Position numbers and translations under genes: made by a program | Shown here: piece after piece, positions 59,681-64,000 of the stretch | Position numbering within the stretch: the stretch's first letter is position 1 | How the letters are laid out: the number at the start of each line of letters is the position of its first letter | Assembly: GCA_040904565.1 (NCBI GenBank) | Contig: JBBDTI010000013.1 | Location: 96,001-160,000, forward strand | Direction of reading: 5' to 3' | Length of the DNA: 64,000 nucleotides | DNA from: Rhodothermales bacterium | GTDB lineage: Bacteria; Bacteroidota; Rhodothermia; Rhodothermales; VXPQ01 | The notes under the pieces: generated by a model | Told to the model about the DNA's origin: nothing | Databases searched by the model: none | The model's input: the letters and a program-made list of their open reading frames with translations, nothing else

Positions 59681-60844
59681 TCAGGTGTACGCCCGAGAAG
59701 CCGCTTCCAGTGCGTCGATCAAAGCATCCACGTCGCGATCATCATTGTAGACATGTGGCGCTACGCGTACGGCCGTGCCGCGTACCGAGACGGAAACGTT
59801 CTTACGGGCCAGCTCCTGGCGGAGCCGTTCCTGATCGATACCGTCGGCGCGCCGCAATCCGAACAGATGATGGCCACGTCCCTGAGGCGGCTCGATTTCG
59901 TAGCCAAGTTCGCGCGCGCGTTCCACCAGCGGCCGGCAGAGGTGCTCGCAGTACGTCTGAAGGTCGTTCGGTCCCCATTCCAGTACCAGTTCCAGCGCTG
60001 CGGCCAGCATTGGGACGAGGATGAAGTTGCTGCGCTCGCCCACGTCGAACCGCACGGCACCGGGCTGATATCGATCTTCATAATTGACGAGGCGGCTGAA
60101 TTGTTCACTTCCGAGTCGGCCGATCCAGTTCTCTTCCAGCGGGGATCCGCCGTGATGGCGCTCGTCCAGGTAGGCGACGCCGAGCGCGTACGGGCCATGG
60201 AGCCACTTGTATCCTGCGCAGATAAGAGCGTCCGGTCGGACCTGTCGTACGTTGAAAGCGAGCGCACCGACAGATTGGGTGCCGTCGATGACGAGGGCGG
60301 CATCGACGTCCCGTGCGCGATCGGAGATGGCTACGAGGTCGAAGCGGGTGCCGTCCGTCCAGTGAACGTGAGGGAGAGCAACGACGTCCGTGCTGTCGTC
60401 GATGGCCTCCAGAATCCGGTCGTTCCACCGTGCGGCTCGTCCGTTTGCCCCCGGTCCGGGTCCAATCGTCACCACGTTCGCTCCGGCATCTCGGGCGAGG
60501 CGCTGCCATACGTAGACGTTGCTTGGAAACTGATCCTCGAGAACAATGATGCGGCCGCCGCGCTCAACCTTGAGATTGCGGGCGATGGATGCAAGGCCGT
60601 AGGAGGCAGACGGAATGAGGGCGATGTCGGACGCATCAGCATGGATGAGTTCGGCGAACAGACTTCTGACACGATGGCTGTCGTCGAAAAAGGCGGTCGG
60701 CTCGATCGACGTCGGATCGCGCTTGGCACGGAGGCCCTCGATGCCGGCCTGTTCGACCGATCGGGCCATAGGCGCCATATACGCACAGTTCAGATAGTGG
60801 AGGTTGGGCGGAAGGGAGAAGAGCTCCTTTTTGCAGGTCAGCAT
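59681..60844 (-). CDS. class V PLP-dependent aminotransferase/lyase
   Basis: YLNCAYMAP, QFPSNVY, IDGTQSVGA and AGYKWL. Confidence 0.9.
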   Translation of the reverse strand: MLTCKKELFSLPPNLHYLNCAYMAPMARSVEQAGIEGLRAKRDPTSIEPTAFFDDSHRVRSLFAELIHADASDIALIPSASYGLASIARNLKVERGGRIIVLEDQFPSNVYVWQRLARDAGANVVTIGPGPGANGRAARWNDRILEAIDDSTDVVALPHVHWTDGTRFDLVAISDRARDVDAALVIDGTQSVGALAFNVRQVRPDALICAGYKWLHGPYALGVAYLDERHHGGSPLEENWIGRLGSEQFSRLVNYEDRYQPGAVRFDVGERSNFILVPMLAAALELVLEWGPNDLQTYCEHLCRPLVERARELGYEIEPPQGRGHHLFGLRRADGIDQERLRQELARKNVSVSVRGTAVRVAPHVYNDDRDVDALIDALEAASRAYT

Positions 60845-60985
60845 GCGGGTTTGCCTGTAACGGATTCTTTATTTCTTGCAGAGACGGCTCCGATCCACCC
60901 TTTGCGAGGGCCTCAGGTTCATCATCGTCCGTGCAAACTCCTACATTGGAGATACACTGAACACGATATCAAATAGAGGCGAGAG

Positions 60986-61429
60986 ATGTCGGAGTTACGA
61001 TCTTTCGAAAAGGCCGATCTTGACCGCATAGCGGATGATCTGATGCGTGCCTACAGAGTCTGTCGCCAGACGGTCGCGGATGTCATGCATAGGAGCGAGA
61101 AGGCGGGTACGCCGAAGAGAGTGGCGGCGTTAATCGACTGTGCAGACGTGAATCTTACCCTGGCAAATCTTCTGATGCGCGAATCCATGCACACGCTGAG
61201 CGTAGCGGAGGTTGCGCTGGACGTCGCAAAAGCATGTGCGGAACAGATTCGGAGCGAGGAACACGATGTGCCTCAGCTGCGGGCCGCCTACGCAATGTGC
61301 CAGCGCGTCCAGCACGACTGTCTCGAACTGCTCGGGAAAGAGGTGCCGGGCGGTGCCGACGAACTGGATGAAATGGTCGAGGCAACGTTTCCGGCAAGTG
61401 ATCCGCCTTCGCGGCCGACGGAGATCTGA
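60986..61429 (+). CDS. four-helix-bundle (Csp3/DUF326-like) protein, Cys-poor, with an FPASDPP tail
   Basis: LIDCAD...LLMRES and ACAE pattern; C-terminal DEMVEATFPASDPPS. Confidence 0.65.
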   Translation: MSELRSFEKADLDRIADDLMRAYRVCRQTVADVMHRSEKAGTPKRVAALIDCADVNLTLANLLMRESMHTLSVAEVALDVAKACAEQIRSEEHDVPQLRAAYAMCQRVQHDCLELLGKEVPGGADELDEMVEATFPASDPPSRPTEI

Positions 61430-61494
61430 TGAGACGGGCGGAAACGAGCGCGGAGGCTGGAGTCTTGGATGTCATGTCCCCCCGATGCATCCGG

Positions 61495-62034
61495 CTACCT
61501 GCCCAGCTCATACGTCTCGACGACGGTATGAAGGGCACCGGATGCTCGCAGATCGCTTCGGTAGAGATGGAAGGCGTTCACGTCGAACGTCTGCAGGGGC
61601 AGGTCGGTGTGCGTTTTCAGGTAGCGTCGGACGTCCCGTGGCGTGGCACCCTTCGGTCGCGCTATCGTGACATGCGGATGGAAGGGTTTCTGATCCGGAT
61701 CGAAGCCCTGGTCGGTAACGATCGTCTCTACGTCCACCCGCAGGCGCGTTAGAACGGGATGGTCCCGGAGACGTGCAACGATGACGCGCGGCCGCCGACG
61801 AGAAGGGAATACGTCGAGGCCGGCCGTAGCGAGCGTAAGGGTAGGCCGTTCGATCTGACGGAGTCCGTCGCGCAGACGCCCCGCAACTTCATCTTCCACT
61901 TCGCCGACGTAGCGGAGCGTGCAGTGGAGCTGCGACGCCGGGGTCCATCTCGCAGCCAGTTGTTCGTCTTGAAGGCCGGTTAGCGCGGCGGCGTGTTCAC
62001 TGGGTATATCTATGGCGACAAAAAGACGGGGCAT
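61495..62034 (-). CDS. thpR: RNA 2',3'-cyclic phosphodiesterase (2H family)
   Basis: RLFVAI and two HxT motifs (LHCTL, PHVTI). Confidence 0.93.
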   Translation of the reverse strand: MPRLFVAIDIPSEHAAALTGLQDEQLAARWTPASQLHCTLRYVGEVEDEVAGRLRDGLRQIERPTLTLATAGLDVFPSRRRPRVIVARLRDHPVLTRLRVDVETIVTDQGFDPDQKPFHPHVTIARPKGATPRDVRRYLKTHTDLPLQTFDVNAFHLYRSDLRASGALHTVVETYELGR

Positions 62035-62557
62035 GACGGGTCAGGATAGGTCAGCACGTACAGACAAGGACGGATTTACGGCGCATGAGGTTCGGATCGA
62101 GCGCGTGGTTTCGGGCGGACAGACCGGAGTCGATCGCGCGGCGCTGGACGCTGCGATGGGCGCAGGAATTCCGGTCGGCGGATGGTGTCCGAGGCATCGG
62201 CGCGCCGAGGACGGTCCCATACCGGAGCGGTATCCGCTGAAAGAGACGGCGAGTGCAGAATACGAACAGCGCACGTCCTGGAACGTCCGCGACAGTGACG
62301 GCACGCTGATTCTGACCGGCGGGAATCCGACAGGGGGTACGGCGCTCACCATCGAAGAGGCCCGGAGACGCGGTAAGCCGTTTCTGGTAACCAGTCCTAC
62401 GACCGACAACGTGCGCGGCGCTGCGAATTGGATCGCACGCGAAAGAGTTCGAACGCTGAACGTTGCGGGTCCGCGAGCGAGTACGGAGCCAGGGGTGAAC
62501 GAGGCCGCGATGCGGTTCATGACGCACCTGCTGGCGGAGTTTCGGTCGATTTCCTAG
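62033..62557 (+). CDS. SLOG-family 'putative molybdenum carrier' protein
   Basis: [29 protein letters not shown] and LNVAGPRAS; start at 62033 or 62012. Confidence 0.88.
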   Translation: MTGQDRSARTDKDGFTAHEVRIERVVSGGQTGVDRAALDAAMGAGIPVGGWCPRHRRAEDGPIPERYPLKETASAEYEQRTSWNVRDSDGTLILTGGNPTGGTALTIEEARRRGKPFLVTSPTTDNVRGAANWIARERVRTLNVAGPRASTEPGVNEAAMRFMTHLLAEFRSIS

Positions 62558-63336
62558 GAGACCTCTTCCTGGGCGTCCATCCTGACCGTTACGCCGGCAT
62601 CGGCGAGGAATTGCTTGGCGTCCAACACCGAGAACTCGCGGAAATGGAATATTGATGCAGCCAGCACCGCATCGGCGTGACCGTCGTGCAAGGCGTCTCG
62701 AAGATGCTGAAGGGCTCCTGCTCCGCCTGAAGCAATGACAGGGATGGATACGCGCGACGTAATGGCGTCGAGAAGCCGGACGTCGTATCCGTCCTTCGTG
62801 CCGTCCCTGTCCATCGAGGTGACCAGCAACTCGCCGGCGCCGCGACGCTCGGCCTCCACGGCCCACTCGACGGCGTCGAGTCCGACCGGCTTGCGGCCTC
62901 CGTGCGTGAAAACCTCCCACGAGCCGGGTTCGGTCTGTTTGGCGTCAATCGCCACGACGATGCACTGCGAGCCGAAGGCCTCGGCACCGCGCGTGATGAG
63001 CTCGGGATCCCGTATCGCGGCCGAATTGACGGCCACTTTATCAGCCCCCGCCTGCAGCATGGCACGCATGTCGTCCACCGTACGCAATCCGCCCCCCACC
63101 GTGAGGGGTATGAAGACCTGGTCTGCCGTTCGCCGGACGACATCGTGCATGATCCCCCGATCTTCGTGCGTGGCCGTGATGTCGAGGAAGACGAGTTCGT
63201 CGGCGCCGGATTTGTCGTAGAAACGCGCCTGTTCTACGGGGTCGCCCGCATCCACGATGTCGACGAATCGAACGCCCTTGACAACTCGCCCCTGATCTAC
63301 GTCGAGGCAAGGAATTATCCGCTTGGCGAGTGCCAT
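62554..63336 (-). CDS. hisF: imidazole glycerol phosphate synthase cyclase subunit
   Basis: [26 protein letters not shown] and IASGGAG. Confidence 0.98.
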   Translation of the reverse strand: MALAKRIIPCLDVDQGRVVKGVRFVDIVDAGDPVEQARFYDKSGADELVFLDITATHEDRGIMHDVVRRTADQVFIPLTVGGGLRTVDDMRAMLQAGADKVAVNSAAIRDPELITRGAEAFGSQCIVVAIDAKQTEPGSWEVFTHGGRKPVGLDAVEWAVEAERRGAGELLVTSMDRDGTKDGYDVRLLDAITSRVSIPVIASGGAGALQHLRDALHDGHADAVLAASIFHFREFSVLDAKQFLADAGVTVRMDAQEEVS

Positions 63337-64000
63337 CAGCAGTCGCGCGTTAGGTCCTTGAGGGCGTTTGCCGTGGAATATCGGTCGAGGTCGACGTCGT
63401 CCTTGTAATTCCAGCACCAGAACTGCTGGCACGGAAACTTATTCTCGTAGAGCGCGCGGCCGATGATGACCGAGTCGACGCCGTACGACTCTATCTCCTT
63501 GAGTCGAATCAGGTCCTCGTAATCGCCCACGCCGCCGGAGGCCGTGATCTTAGCGTGATGGAGGTGCTCGCCGAGCGTCCGGTACGCCTCGATATTCGGA
63601 CCGTGCATCGTCCCATCGCGGCTGATGTCCGTGTAGATGATACGTCGGACGCCGCGTCGTTCCATATCTACCGCCAGATCGATGGCCTGGATGCCGCTAC
63701 CTTCAGTCCATCCGTCGACGCGGACCTCTCCGTTGCGTGCGTCGATGCCTACGACAACGCGGCTGCACGTATAGCGATCGACGGCCTCCGTCACCAAATC
63801 CGGATCGCGAACCGCTGCCGTACCGATGATGACGCGATAGACGCCCAGTTCGAGTACCTCTTCGATGTCGTCCATCGTCCGGATTCCGCCGCCGAGCTGG
63901 ACGGGGATGTCGAGTTCGGCACAGATACGACGAACGACGTCCCGGTTGTGAGAGCCGTCATTCCGTGCTGCGTCGAGGTCGACGACGTGCAGGACGCGCG
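63336..64000 (-). CDS. hisA: ProFAR isomerase HisA, partial (5' end outside the window)
   Basis: [26 protein letters not shown] and ASGGV; stop overlaps the hisF start. Confidence 0.96.
   Translation of the reverse strand, partial: RVLHVVDLDAARNDGSHNRDVVRRICAELDIPVQLGGGIRTMDDIEEVLELGVYRVIIGTAAVRDPDLVTEAVDRYTCSRVVVGIDARNGEVRVDGWTEGSGIQAIDLAVDMERRGVRRIIYTDISRDGTMHGPNIEAYRTLGEHLHHAKITASGGVGDYEDLIRLKEIESYGVDSVIIGRALYENKFPCQQFWCWNYKDDVDLDRYSTANALKDLTRDC

Noticed and set aside
59612-60976. 454-aa + strand ORF and similar long antisense ORFs (e.g. 50583-51608, 51674-52612)
   Set aside because: Shadows of well-supported opposite-strand genes, expected at high GC.

Overview
High-GC bacterial chromosomal window, almost certainly from a Rhodothermota / Bacteroidota-sister (FCB) lineage. 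This is inferred from a T9SS-type C-terminal sorting domain, a CarB without the MGS domain, the nif3 - zinc-ribbon - rnpB synteny and a CIRCE-controlled groESL. It is mostly core genome: rlmN, ctaA/ctaB with an ABC-2 pair, glmM, groESL, mutY, rsmE, secG, rnpB, tRNA-Arg(CCT), folK, carAB, mtaB, psd/pssA, purS, clpS, rnhA, obgE, dprA, hisS, lgt, rlmB, lolA, thpR and hisF/hisA. I found no CRISPR array, integrase, transposase or prophage. The most notable signals are: (i) a structured leader ending in an intrinsic terminator just before carA, paired with a CarB lacking its allosteric domain; (ii) several intact ORFs whose catalytic or metal-binding motifs are erased (GH3 domain, M1 aminopeptidase, Csp-like four-helix bundle, alpha/beta hydrolase); (iii) an ABC exporter embedded in the heme o/a synthesis operon; (iv) several short tandem duplications, including a 16-bp x5 array containing a canonical G-quadruplex motif and a 76-bp duplication of the carB 3' end; (v) a candidate multi-hairpin RNA after secG, a sigma54-type promoter before lolA, a MITE-like element, a possible deoxynucleoside-kinase relic after folK, and interleaved head-to-head genes near his. 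All calls come from manual motif reading; no database searches were run.
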